Source: Selaginella moellendorffii
Lineage: Eukaryota; Plantae; Lycopodiophyta
Length of the DNA stretch: 64,000 nucleotides
Direction: 5' to 3'
Assembly (NCBI RefSeq): GCF_000143415.4
Contig: NW_003314285.1
Coordinates: forward strand, 1,081,370 to 1,145,369
The notes under the pieces were generated by a model, which was not told the DNA's origin, ran no database searches, and saw only the letters and a list, made by a program, of their open reading frames with translations. A program made the position numbers and the translations under genes. This document shows, piece after piece, positions 37,712-50,889 of the stretch (its first letter is position 1; the number at the start of each line of letters is the position of its first letter).

Positions 37712-40000
37712 TCACACCTCTTCATTTGGCGACCACGGCTTCTGAATTCCCCTTCAGGTTCACAAATTCTTCCATTTTTTTTCTCCATTCTCTGTGCGCA
37801 GATAGCAAGAACGATCCAGAAATCTACCCATCTTGCCCAAATTCGCCCAAATTACGCCCTAATTCGTACATTCGCCCAAATTCAACACGCAAATGCCACT
37901 GCCACCATGGATCAACGGCGTCCAAGCGGTTGCTGCCCAACGCAGTAAAGACAGACATTTTCCAGAGGAGATCTTTGAAGAATCTGCAAGCTCTCTCTCT
38001 CGATCTCCAAGTCCAATCACCGACGGAGAACACCAATGACTCTCTTTGACAAGAAACTCCAATCTACTAGCACCTTCATCAGCAAATGCCCTCAGCAGCT
38101 TCATTGGCAAACTCCATCTCCGAGCACAAGACCACCCACTCCAAGTTCGAGACATCAACCAGCGCCCTCGACACAAACCGACACCACTACCGAAACGAAC
38201 CCATCTTCTGTGCAGTCGTCGACCCAGCAATCCTAGCGTTCCGACACAAGTCCAATTCCTGCGCCCACTCCAAATACCGAAGCACATCCTCAAAACCTAC
38301 ACCAACGACAAACCCATCACTCTGTTACCCGGTATCGGACAACTTGTCGAGGGACAACTTCACAACGCACCACCGATTTTTCGACAACCCCTCCGACAAA
38401 GTCAGCAGCTTAGCACTGAAACAACAGTCCAAACTCAGTTCGAAATCAACACGTTTGCTGCAACAACTCTCGCCAATCACACCATCGCCCAATCCGGACT
38501 CGAACAACTCGACGACATTATCGAAGAAATCATTCCAGACAAACCCGAATATCCGAAACTCTTCATTGAACTCCATCTCGGCACCAGCACGTGGAAGACC
38601 AGTTTGCATACTGCACCAGCACACTCGACCCAACACAACTCGGCTGAACACAACCCAACCCAACACACACCACCATCGATATTTGCATTGAAAAGAAAGA
38701 ACAAGCTCACAATGACTTTATCAACAATTGGCCCACCGACAGTCTTCCCAAAGTTCTGCCCGAACTGCATGATTGACTGCAGACACAAATCTGACACCGA
38801 CAACCAGTAGAAGAATGCATGTATCCAAAATCACGAAGAACATCCAGCAAGTCGGAAGAAGACCGACAACGGCTTATCCGACGTTTAGATAGAGATTTGA
38901 AGAATTTAGAAACAAAGAGAAAGAAAGACCAAGAGAAGTTGAATCAAATTGTTAGACCCTCCAAGAGAGAGAATTACATCCGACACGAATTATTACCGTG
39001 AGCTAACTCCGACGAATCAGTATCGGACATCCGCGAAGAATACGACAACTACACAACACCACCGGACACACCACTGGCAGCACCCTCGACAGCACCCACC
39101 GAAGTGCCCGAGCCTGAATCACCACCCTCGACGGCACCCACCAAAGTGCCCGAGCCCAACCGAACATTTGAGTAGTCGACACAGACTACGCTCGAGCAAC
39201 AAAACATTTTTCAAGCAGCATACAACCACTTCAAAGGTACATTCACCAACCCCATCTACAGTGACAACAAACAACCAAGTTTCCCGCCCAGCTTCACAGA
39301 CTTCACCAGACCAGCACCATTTTCGCCATACCGACCGATTTTCACAACACCAATATATCCCACATTTGCTTCCAACATCTACCGAAGCCCGCTATCAGCA
39401 AGACCTTTCGAACACGCTTTCGACTTCAATGCGCCGACGAGACAACAACTCGACTTCACTAATTAAATTTGCACTCCGATATACCCAGTCAACAGCAGTC
39501 AAGACAAACAACCCGAATCCTCCAATAGTCAAGCACTCGACGTCAACAACTCACACCGAACTGCCGAACAGCTACAATCATACAACAACAACGAGATCGA
39601 CAAACCAGTTGTCAACGACAACAATCTTCCACAGCAACTACAGTCACCACACAACTATACGTTCGAAGAACTCTTTGACAATTTAGAAGAACAACCACAA
39701 CCAACACAACATAACTCCGACAAGTACGTCGACAACAAGTTCAAGCACCATCTTCGCAAAATCAACACCGGCAAGCAACCCAACACTGACGACGATGTCG
39801 ACGACACACCCAAAAACAGTCCCAACACAGAAGAACAAACAGCGAAGAGTCCACTAAACAACAACAACAATTCACCACCTTCCTCTTACACCAACTTTGC
39901 CATCGACCCCGACAACCCCTTGCTACAAATCACCTTAGCACTCCACGGTGACAACCTCACAAAACAATCTTGACAATACCGACATTACTACCAACAACAA

Positions 40001-43000
40001 ATGGCAGTCACTACTGCCGTCGCCAACATACCTGTCGGGAGACATGTCTCCTATCCACTATTTTATGGTCTGAAGTCAGAAGACGCCGAGAAACATGTTG
40101 AACAGTTCCGAGAAGCAATCCGAATCAATGGCCAGACGACTGAACTTCCATACTACTTCCGATGTACCCTTCGAAAAAGAGCCAATGAATGGGCTCAAAC
40201 ACTTCCTCAAAATACAAGTTTCGACGACCTCGCACTCAAGCTCGTAGACCAATTCAAGTCTTCCCTCACTCAAAGCCAACGACTTCACAAGATCCAAAAA
40301 CTCAAACAGAAGTCTGGACAATCCATCGACGACTACACTCAAACCTTCACTCGACATGCCAGAAAATGCGGCAACAGTGCTACCGAAACATTACTTTACC
40401 AATGGTACATGCAAGGCCTCCGACGATCCCTCCGAGAAGTGGCAACACACATCAACGTTGCCACTTATCTCAAACTCGCAAGAGCCCTTCAAGATGTTCA
40501 AGCTCGACGAATGACAGCACAAGTAGATGACACGGATAACTCAGATTCTGATAGCAGTTCCAACGACGACTCCGATGATGAACTCGGAGAGAGCACCAAG
40601 TCAAAACTTCGGAAACTTAGGAAAACAATTGACAAGCTCAAGGGAAAAGCCAAGGCCGACATCAAAGAATTTTGATCTGGAATTTGGTGTACTAAGTGCA
40701 AGAACGAAGGACATCCGGCAAGTGACTGCAAGCTCCAAATCTCCAAATGCCAGATCTGTACCAAAGAAGGTCATAACGCCAAGACTTGCAGATTTCAAAA
40801 TTCTCCAGAAGTTCGACAAGTCTCGAACTATCCCCGACAGCAGTTTCGACAACCATATCCAAATCAATACTTCGACAATTACCAGCCACCACCTCTGACA
40901 AACTGGAGACCACCAAGAAACAACTTCCAACACCAGAGTCAACAATGGAATGATCAACCTCGCTATAACAACTGCAACAATTACAACGACTACAACAACT
41001 ACTACAACAATCGACAACACCCGCCGAACCGGAACTACCCAGCAAACCGAGACAACAACAACCAAGGATACCAACAATACCCAAGATACCAGAACCCAAG
41101 ATACCAAGGCCAAGGTTATCAAGACCAGGCCTACCACGACAACTACAACAACCGACCATGGCAACCTCGACTTCAAAACCAAGGCGGTCCGCCGAGACTT
41201 GGTCCACCGCCTCCTCGACAACAAGATCAGAACCAGCAGCAACCACCAACAACAAGGATGGTCGAGACCGACAAACTACCTTATGCCGACAATGACGACT
41301 CAGATCCTCAAGTCATGGCAGTACAAACCCGAGCACAAATTCGAGCAGAAAAACAACAACAACCGGACAGAGATTCCGGAGATAGTGAAGAGAAAGGCCC
41401 TGAGAGCCCGACAAAACTCCGGGAATGGAAAAAGAAGCAGAAGTTAGCTGCCAAGATACAGCAGCAACTCGCTCTACAACCACCCGAATTAGTGATTTTA
41501 GACTCCGACAATGAAGCTCAACCATCACCAGCTCGACAACAATGCCAAGACTCAATACCAGAAAATGGACAGACAAATCGTCCAACATCGACACCGACAC
41601 CAAAACACAATTCGGCAAACTTCAACAAAATCCAAGCAGTCGCAGAGACTATCCTCAACCAAAATATTCAGATCACCATCGGCCAACTGCTGAAGATTGC
41701 ACCCTACCTCACCAAACAGCTCACCGATCTGACATCTGCACCGACCAACACTTTGATAGACTCGCCCACACTCAACTCGACACAGACAGCTGTTGACACA
41801 TTTCGAACCGAGATTCAACCAGGCGATTGTGACAATGATGTTCCGACAATCGACCTACGACTCGACAAACATCTTGTTCGAGGAGCCATAATTGACGGCG
41901 GCTCCAGCGTTAATATTATTGAAGAAAGTCTTGTTCAACAACTCAACATCGGCCCAGTTCACCCAGCACCTTTCAATGTCCGAATGGCCGACCACCGATC
42001 TGTTCAACCCAAAGGCATCATCCGAAAAGTCAACACCACCATTCAAGGCGTCGAAATACCAGTCAACTATGTTGTCCTCAAACTACCGGAGCAGACCGAC
42101 GGATACTCAATTCTCCTCGGTCGACCTTGGCTCCGAACTGCCCAAGTTTATCAAGATTGGCCCAATGACAATCTTATCCTTCACGGACCAGACGGACCAA
42201 CAACTGTGTCGACAAAAGCGACTAAATCGCTGTCCAGCCACAACCGACCTATTGACTTGGAAGAATATAATCTCGAAGATGGCCTCGACGACTATCAAGA
42301 ACAACAAATTCTCACAGCCTACCCCGATCTCGAACCTTTGGCCGAGATTGACCTTTTCCGAATTGTCGCCGACTTCCAACGAGAACGACCCCTGATTACA
42401 TCAGCACTGAAAAATCCAGTCACTCGAGATACAAAACTCAAAGCGCCACCGGCATTCATAGTCGACAACCACAACAAAGTTGCCTACATTCCGTCAATTC
42501 CAGCAGACCAAAAACTCGAAAAAGTCAGCCTTGCCGACGACGGCAACGAACACTACATTGTACTCGCCACTGACATCTCGGCAAGTTTTCAAGACAAAGG
42601 CATCAATCTTCTCCGAAAGAAGAAACACTTGTTTGCTTGGAGTTATCGAGACCTTCAGGGAGTTTCGCCAAAACTCAGCCTTCACACCATCACCCTTCTT
42701 CCAGACTCAAAACCAAGAAGACAAGCAGCCTACCGGATGAATCCGAATCTGATGGAACAAGTAAAGAAAGAACTCGACAAGCTTCTCCAAGTCGAGTACA
42801 TCTACCCAATTCAGAATCCGATATGGCTTTAACCACTGGTGGTTGTACCGAAGAAAAATGGCAAACTTCGAATCTGCGTCGACTATAAACAGCTCAACGA
42901 CGCCACTGAAAAAGATGTCTTCCCAATACCATTTACCGACGAAGTTCTTGACGCAGTCGCCGGACACAAGATGTATTCCTTCCTCGATGGTTTCTCCGGC

Positions 43001-45454
43001 TACAACCAAATTCACATCGCCGAAGAAGATCAGCACAAGACAGCATTCATCAGTCCATGGGGAGCCTATGCTTATCGACGAATGCCTTTTGGACTCTGCA
43101 ACACCCCATTCACCTTCCAAAGGCTTGTTACCAACACTTTCCGAGACTACCTCACTGACTTCATGAGAGTCTTCATGGACGACTTCAGCGTTTTCAGCTC
43201 GGAAGATCAACATCTTGAATGCCTGGAGAAATGCCTCAACAAGTGTGAGGAGAACAACATAGCACTCAACCCCGACAAATGCGCTTTCTTCGTCAAATCT
43301 GGAGTACTCCTCGGCCACGTTGTCTGCAAAGATGGCATTCTCATCGACAAAGACAAAGTTGACGTCATCTCCAAACTTGAACCGCCGAAGAACCAGAAAG
43401 AACTTCGGCGCTTCCTTGGCAAAGTCGGATATCACCGACGATTCATCCACAAGTACGCTCACATTGCCAAACCACTCACCGATGGACTAAAACAAGATGC
43501 CCAATGGACATGGACGTCCAAACAGCAACAAGCATTCGACAATCTCCGACTCAAACTAACAACAGCACCGATCCTTGCCAAGCCCGACTGGACACAAGAG
43601 TTCCACATTCATGTCGACACTTCCAACGTCGCCACTGGTGCAATTCTGAGCCAAACTCAACACGACAACCGAGATCAACCGATCTACTACGCCAGCCGAC
43701 TACTCAACCCAGCTGAACGAAATTACACCACTACCGAGAAAGAAGCTCTCGGCATGATCTACTCACTTCAGAAGTTTCGACACTACATACTGTCAACCAA
43801 AGTCGTAATTTTTGTCGACCACAAGGCACTCCTTTACCTCATCAACAAGCCGATATTATCTGGTCGAATATCAAGATGGTTCCTTTTACTACAAGAATAC
43901 AACTTTGAGATTGTCCACAAACCTGGCAAAAATCACGAGCAAGCAGATTATCTCAGCCAGATCACCACCGGTGATAAACCCGAAAGACTTACCGATGACT
44001 TACCCGACTCAAACCTATTCCGAGTTTCAATACCAGAAACCTGGCTCGACGACGTCTTCAGTTACTTGCACTCAGCAAAAGTTCCAGATCAGTACACTAC
44101 GTCCAACCAAAAGAAGACTTTTGTTGCTAAAACCCGACGATACTCAGTCATCGGAGGCACTCTCTACAAACTAGGAATTGACAACATTCTTCGCCGATGC
44201 ATCAAGCCGCCAACCACAACTCAAATCGTCAAGGAAGCTCATGATGGACCTTCCGGCGGACACTTCGCCGCTGACACCACAACTCGGAAGATTCTTCAAG
44301 CCGGCCTCTGGTGGCCGACACTCTGGCATGACACTGAAGAATTCTGCAAACGCTGCGACACATGTCAAAGACACCGACTACCGCCGAAAACTCAGACTCA
44401 ACAACTCAACCCAACATTCCCAATGGCACCATTTCAGAAATGGGGACTTGACTTCATCGGACCCCAAGTCAGCACCCGTCGACGAAATCAGTACATCATT
44501 GTCGCCACCGATTACACTACCAAGTGGGCCGAAGCAATACCTCTCCGACATGCCACAGTGAAAGCAACAGCAACCTTCATCTACGAAAATATCATCACTT
44601 GTTTCGGCACACCACTCGAACTTGTCACCAACAGAGGCACCCACTTCATCAACCAAACAATCGAACATCTCGCCACCGAGTTCAAAATCCAACACAAAAC
44701 GTCGACACCATACTATCCTCAAGGCAATGGTCAAGCAGAAGCAACGAACAAAACACTAAAGACCATCCTCAAAAAAGTCATCAACGATTCCGGCAAAGAC
44801 TGGGACGACAAACTTCTCGACGTACTTTGGGCCTATCGCACTGCGTATAAAGTCACCACTGACATGATGCCATTCAAACTCGCCTTTGGAACAGAAGCCA
44901 TCACACCAATTGAATTCATCGTCCCAAGCATGCGAGTCACCGTCAAGTATAATCTCGACACCCGACATGCAGTTCGAGAAAGGCTTCAGCAACTCGAACA
45001 TCTCAACGAACTCCGACTCAACGCCCTCTGGACACTTCATGCCATCCAAAAACAGAGAAAAGCTCGGCACGACCGACAAGCATCCCGGCATAACATTCCC
45101 AAATACAGCGTCGACGACCATGTTCTCTGGTACCAAGGACCCATCGGCAAACTTGGCCGAAAACTCCACACCAACTGGCAAGGACCTTTCAAAATCATTG
45201 AACTATACCCCAACGGCACTGCCAAAGCCAGCACACTCGCCGAAGACTTCACTGAGATCGTCAACCTCAACAAGCTTCGACCATATCACGTCAACATATT
45301 CAACATCAGCACCTCAACAAATTTCAGACCCAAACCGACAAACACCCCAAAACCAACAATCAACACTCACCCCAATAGACAAACTTTAACTCAAATCAGT
45401 TCGATACAACTCAACTCAACTCAACACGAACTCATCCACCAACTTCAGCAATAA
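40001..45454 (+). pseudogene. Family D gag-pol (GAG, two zinc knuckles, PR, RT, RH, INT) in one frame with two in-frame stops
   Basis: Retrotrans_gag-like 40001-40672; CTKCKNEGHPASDC and CQICTKEGHNAKTC; IIDGGSSVN; FMDDF; RH DTSN; INT HHCC, WGLDFIGP and WQGPF. Stops TGA 40673-40675 and TAA 42830-42832. Confidence 0.93.
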
Positions 45455-45706
45455 ACAGCAGCAAAAATCTGTAAGTCCCAAGCTACCGTTGGATCAACGC
45501 CACCTAAGCAAATATCAACAGTTGAACTTGAGTTAACTTCATCACCAATATCCACCATTGATTTGCAATCAAGCCAAATCAAACCACATCAATTCCGTCA
45601 ACAAATCTCGACCGTTCATCACCAGCAATCGAGCGCCGCACGATCAGCCAACCAACAGTTACAGGTTTCAAGAACCCTAACGGGGCGATCACTTCGATCG
45701 CAGAAA

Positions 45707-47703
45707 ATGAAGAGAAAGATGCCAGCTCATCCACCCCGACACCTCAGATACGTCATACACCATATTCCTAGGCTTCCCAGCAACGACACAACCACCTGGC
45801 TCAAGGACCACGGATTCGAGCTCCTCCACAAGGCCTTTTCAACACACCCTGATCAAAAACTAGCGAGGAAACTGGCCGCCTCCTTCAACCCCAAGAACAG
45901 CACCATAACCGACGGCACCAACGAGATCACCCTCAGCCCAGCAAGAATCGCCTCTGCTTTCAAAATCTCCAACAAGGGCTGCTCAAATTTTCAGGAGAAG
46001 TTCCACAGCAAATCATCAAGGCCAATCGAGAAATTACCGGTGAGCTCACATGGGAGGACATTGAGGAGCAGCATATGGATCGACTCAAAGCCCTCCTCCT
46101 CTACTATGAACTTCGCCCAACAGATCGCACCATCGGCAAGCGCACAGCAGAAGTCTACGGAGCTCTACTCGACGGCAAACGTGTGAACGTGGCTCATCAT
46201 CTCCACGAGCTCCTTCTCAAGCTTCTCGACCACGCCATCCTCGCCACACTCAACAAGAAGACCATGCACACAGTAATCTTCCCACTGCTGATCGCTCTAC
46301 ACCAAGCTCTTCCCAACAAGCAACCGTGGACAACCCAAACGAACTCCACAGAACAAAGCGACAGCTCCGAAGAACACTCAGAATCAGAAGGAGCAACTCC
46401 CAGCAAGAAACCGAAGCCAGCATCTCAACAATCAGGCTCAACTCACTCCAACAACACCAGCTCCAGCAACAAACACTCCAACAATTCAACTCCACTTCGC
46501 TGCCGCTTCACACGCAAAACACCAGCGAATCCAGCTCCCAAACCGCTGATCCGAGAGCACCTCATCATCAGCGACAAGGAACACAACTCACACCACCATC
46601 AACAATCACCCCAGAGCCCGCATCCACTCGAATCAGCCCCAAAACCGACAACTTCTCACAAACACATCAATATCGCCAAAGAAAAACGTCAGCTGATCGC
46701 TCAGAACTCAATTTCTACACCAACTGAGAACAACATTCTCAACGCCCCGACCTCCTTGACACGTTCTACAAAAGAAAACATTGACTACCTTCGCCAATCA
46801 CTTGAAGAACACGCAACCATGTCTCCTCCAGCAAATACCACGACTAGCATTCACAAAAATTCCGCCCCTTCAACAAAATTCCAAGCGAAAAATTTCTCAA
46901 CGGATAAATTAATTTCAGCGCCACATCTGGGCCGTTCATCCACCATCAAACTGAAAAGCTCATCTCCAACCACCTCAAAGAATCTGGCCCAACCACGTCA
47001 CCCACATCCAACGAAGCAGATTCAGCCTCCAGCAACTTCAACTCCCGGGACCAAGAACAGAGCGAACCCTAGCGAGAAACACCAGGATCACCGAGCAGGA
47101 GCAGGAGCAGCAACCATGCCTCAGCCACAGAGTCAGGTACACCGTGATTATGACGAGATCAGGAAGGAGTACGAAGATAAACTTCACGACCCAAGCTACT
47201 GCACCCTCAAGTTGTTTGAAGCCCTGGATCAACGCATGCACCGTGAGCAAGCAAACTACTTCCCAACACCAGCCGACATTGCACAGCATCTTCTCAAGCA
47301 AGACTCCTTCATATACACCCGGGGAGCGATCAAGAAGGAATTTTATGAGCCTTTAAACCACCAGCTGGATACTCAGATTGAAGAGATGAAGCAGATCCGC
47401 ACTGACCTCTGGGACATCAGGAAGATCGTCTCCAAGCAGCCATCAACCCCATCAGCAGCTCACGAATTCACCTACAAATTCAAATATGAAGAGCTCAACA
47501 CCCGCTACCGGAAACTCGAGGATGATCATACCGCCCTGCTAGCTGAGGTAGCCGACCTCCAGGAAGATGGGACAGATCCACCAGACAGTGTCCCTAACCA
47601 TGAGCTTACACTCCCACAGCAAAAACGTCGCCTCTATCGACTTGAACAGCAGCAACAACAAGCGATGGAAACTGACTATGTTCGCACCGAGGATGGTGTC
47701 TAG
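45707..47703 (+). pseudogene. Family D 3' extra ORF in the env position (Athila-ORF/Transposase_32-like N-terminus, low-complexity linker, coiled-coil C-terminus); one frameshift near 45975
   Basis: LARKLAASFN...ITLSPARIASAF..KG, then LLDGKRVNVAHHLHELL...VIFPLLIAL; ends just before the PPT. Confidence 0.7.
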
Positions 47704-48389
47704 TTCTGTCAGGGGAGCAGAATGTAGCAACCAAAAACCCAGGTTCAGGGGACTTCGACTTTGAACTCAGGGCTGCATCGGAGCCATAGATTAAATCATG
47801 CACAGCATATAGTATATGCTAGCAGTTAGAACCGCTAGCCTTTCAAAAGGGGGAATCCGAATTGTGGATCCCTATCTTCATTCCATTGTTTTTTTTATCA
47901 ATACACAGCATTCTTTTACTCGTGCTTCTTCTCTGCCCTTAGAGATCGGGCCCTTTTCTCTTTTGTTTTCTTACTAACAATAGATTTCCAGCGAAGAAGA
48001 GTTTTCACACCTCTTCATTCTTGGAAGAATACCAAGTGGATTAGATGCAGCTTAAGGTACAGCTCACGTTGATCATTTGTGGACCAGAATCAATAAATGT
48101 CTGCTAGTTCTGGGAAATTGAGAATGAAACATCTGAAATGTTTCCACTGATGTATTTTAGATTGTCTGAACTCCTTATGCCATGTATTCTGTTCTTTTGT
48201 ACTTTATAGTCAAGTAGAACCAAGAAGTTTAGACCTTTACAAACAAATGCAAGGCAATTAGAAATAGCACCTGCTCAAACCTTGCCAATTACCCACAAAT
48301 GGAATCGGGGGAGTACTTTGGACCAAGCCATTACTCACTTTGAAGCGAATTCCCAAGACAAAGGACCATGAATCTACATATATCTTTCC

Positions 48390-48530
48390 ACTCCTTTCTC
48401 TTATCTCCCATTTCTCTTCTTCTCAATCTCCAAAATCGAAAGGAATTCCATGGACCAGCTCGCCAGCCACAATCCTGGCCAACACCACGCCGCTCGTCAA
48501 TATCTGGGGGATTCATCACGACCCGGCCCA
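48390..48530 (+). pseudogene. Internally deleted CYP relic (5'UTR/start fused to an exon-2 piece); second copy at about 58285-58430
   Basis: TTCTCAATCTCCAAAATC...CCATGGA joined to CCAGCTCGCC...LVNIWGIHHDPA, matching both ends of the adjacent P450. Confidence 0.8.
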
Positions 48531-48794
48531 GAGTCCTGAGCAGCAATCGCAACGAATATGACCAAGCATTGTTAAGAGCCCTAAAAACTAAAAATAAACC
48601 TTTTATTGTACGGCAAGGCGCAGCAGCTTCCAAGGCCAAGGTGTGGAAGGCACAGTAGAGGCAATCCAAGGCTCCAAGGCGAGGTGTGGCATCATTCGAT
48701 TTGAGTTTGCAACCTGATTTTTAAGCTTAATGCCCTTTTTAAGCTTAGAGATTTTAAGAAGCTAAACATTTGCCATAGAGCGTTTAAACCTTTT

Positions 48795-49647
48795 TGTAAG
48801 CTCTTGAGTTTGGACTTCCCGGGAGGTCACTCAGCCCAGTACTATTCAAACCCAAGGACACTTAACCCCAAGTATCCCAAGACCCTTAATCGATTAGAAA
48901 AGGGGGTGCACTCTTATTCATGAGCCCTTTCCCTCTATATTTGAACCCCATGGACCGTCTCTCAAGTCATTCTCTTTGGTTGCTTACAATCTACCACGCT
49001 TCCCTGCAAGTTCACACTCTCGTGAACAAAAGCTGAGAGCCATAGCTCTCCCGAGAGCCCCGCTCTCTTGACACCCTACCCCTTGGGTCGAGCCCAGCAA
49101 GAACAAATTGGACTAGCCATCCCAAGACCCTTAATCAATTAGAAAAGGGGGTGCACTCTTATTCATGGGCCCTTTCCCTCTATATTTGAACCCCATGGAC
49201 CGTCTCTCAAGTCATTCTCTTTGGTTGCTTACAATCCACCACGCTTCCCTGCAAGTTCACACTCTCATGAACAGAAGCTGAGAGCTATAGCTCTCCCGAA
49301 AGCCCCGCTCTCTTGACACCCTACCCCTTGGGTCAAGCCCAGCAAGAACAAATTGGACCAGCCAGATGTCAATCAACATGTGGTGTGATTCCCCTAGCCA
49401 ACCAACAAAGTTGGACCTAACAGAGTCAGACCTGAGACCGCTCTGATACCAAATGTAAGTTCCTAAGTTTGGACTTCCCGGGAGGTCACCTAGCCTAGTA
49501 TTATTCAAACCCAAGGACGCTTAACCCCAATTATCTGAAAACCCTTAACCGATTGGAAAAGGGGGTGCATTCTTATTCATAGGCCCTTTCCCTCTATATT
49601 TGAACCCCATGGACCATCTCTCAAGTTGTTCTCTTTAGTTGCTTACA
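48795..49647 (-). mobile_element. Cassandra-type TRIM with an internal 245-bp tandem duplication
   Basis: LTRs 48795-48988 and 49454-49647, extra partial LTR ending at 49233. Perfect Met PBS at 49440-49451. TSD CTTTT (single copy at 58686-58690 in the paralogous segment). 5S-like domain at 48812-48867 and 49471-49526. Confidence 0.93.
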
Positions 49648-50889
49648 CTTTTGACGTGCTCAACAGTCTATAAAGGTAAAGCCTGTTAGTGAAGTTGCAG
49701 AACTAGCCACCTGAGATAAAACAAATGTTCATTGGTAGTATCCAAGCATAATATAAAAGCTAGATTTAAACCAAAATCCCAAATCCTAACACTTTTCAAA
49801 AACAATCAAACCCACCTTTCATTTCCACTAATGTGAGTGGATGAAATATGGAAAGAGAATACAAGAAATGTGCATATTAATTAACCCAAAAACCCTAGCT
49901 TATATATAGGAGTGAGTAATCCAATTTGAAACCAATATGATGCCTACCAAAATCTCATTATACTAATATTAGTATATGGCATCTTAGCATAATAGCACTT
50001 GGACCTCACAATAATATTTTAATTTCTAAATAAATAGTTTAAATTATTAGTTTGCTTAAGCAAACCTGTAGAGGACTAAGATGGTAGTGGATATACTTAG
50101 AATATACTTGGATATTCTATGATATTCTATCATCTAACCAGTTATTATTCATTTAGATTAATCTTGTATTGATAATTTATAAACTTTCTTAAATCCTTTC
50201 TAGCAATAAGATTAATCTTGTATTTATAAATTACAAACATGCTTATAATTATAAATTTTATTTGATCATTTAGATTAATAAGTAAAAATAACACTACTAT
50301 TAAGCAAACCAAGTGTTGCTACATGCAAGGCATAGCAATTTATTTATAATATTATAATTTACTTATTTATTTTAATATTATTTATAATTCAGTTTGGAGA
50401 TTTGTAAAACAACTGCTTAGTAGCTATGTAAGAAGTAACATTTTGAAGAACATATAAGTAAGAACAATAGTAAAACTCTTGCTTTTACAATCCCAGCTCA
50501 AATAAATTCTTGCATTGACTATCATTTGGAATGGGATGAATTAAAGTTCTTCTCTAAAGAATAACATTCCAACACACTCTAAACAATAATTACAATCACA
50601 AATATAAATAAGATGAGCTCCATAACCTCTCAAGCATACCAAGCAAAGCTGTTACTTCTTTCATTGCTCTTTAACTCCCAAGGAGTTCACAGGTCCCCTA
50701 GACAAACAAAACATTAGATTTGATTTTCAGCGTGCTTAAGCTTGAAGGTGAAAATAATTCCAGACCTATCTCATATCTGCTTCACCTTGATTCACCATAA
50801 TATACTTGCCAGTAGTGAAATTAGCCGAAGCAGTTTCATACTACGAATATATTAGCATAATATACGTAATTAAAGTAAATCCAAATTTT

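Larger units (their letters stand above)
36290..48017 (+). mobile_element. Full-length non-chromovirus Ty3/gypsy LTR retrotransposon (family D) with 5' extension and 3' extra ORF
   Basis: 295-bp LTRs: 5' LTR 36290-36576 plus 37717-37724, 3' LTR 47723-48017. TSD TTCTT (single copy at the empty site 57901-57905). PBS TGGCGACCACGGC at 37727-37739 (Arg-type); PPT AGGGGAGCAGAA at 47711-47722. Confidence 0.96.

Noticed and set aside
38046-38810. Separate Ogre-like ORF1 (254 aa)
   Set aside because: No ATG start or recognisable domain, and the T-poor strand gives long ORFs by chance; left unresolved pending a family consensus.
40673-40675. Programmed gag-pol readthrough stop
   Set aside because: It lies before the zinc knuckles, and CGA>TGA decay is simpler. 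The TAA at 42830 likewise replaces the Ser of the conserved WxSP motif.
48812-48867. 5S rRNA gene
   Set aside because: Only the internal control region is present, embedded in TRIM LTRs.
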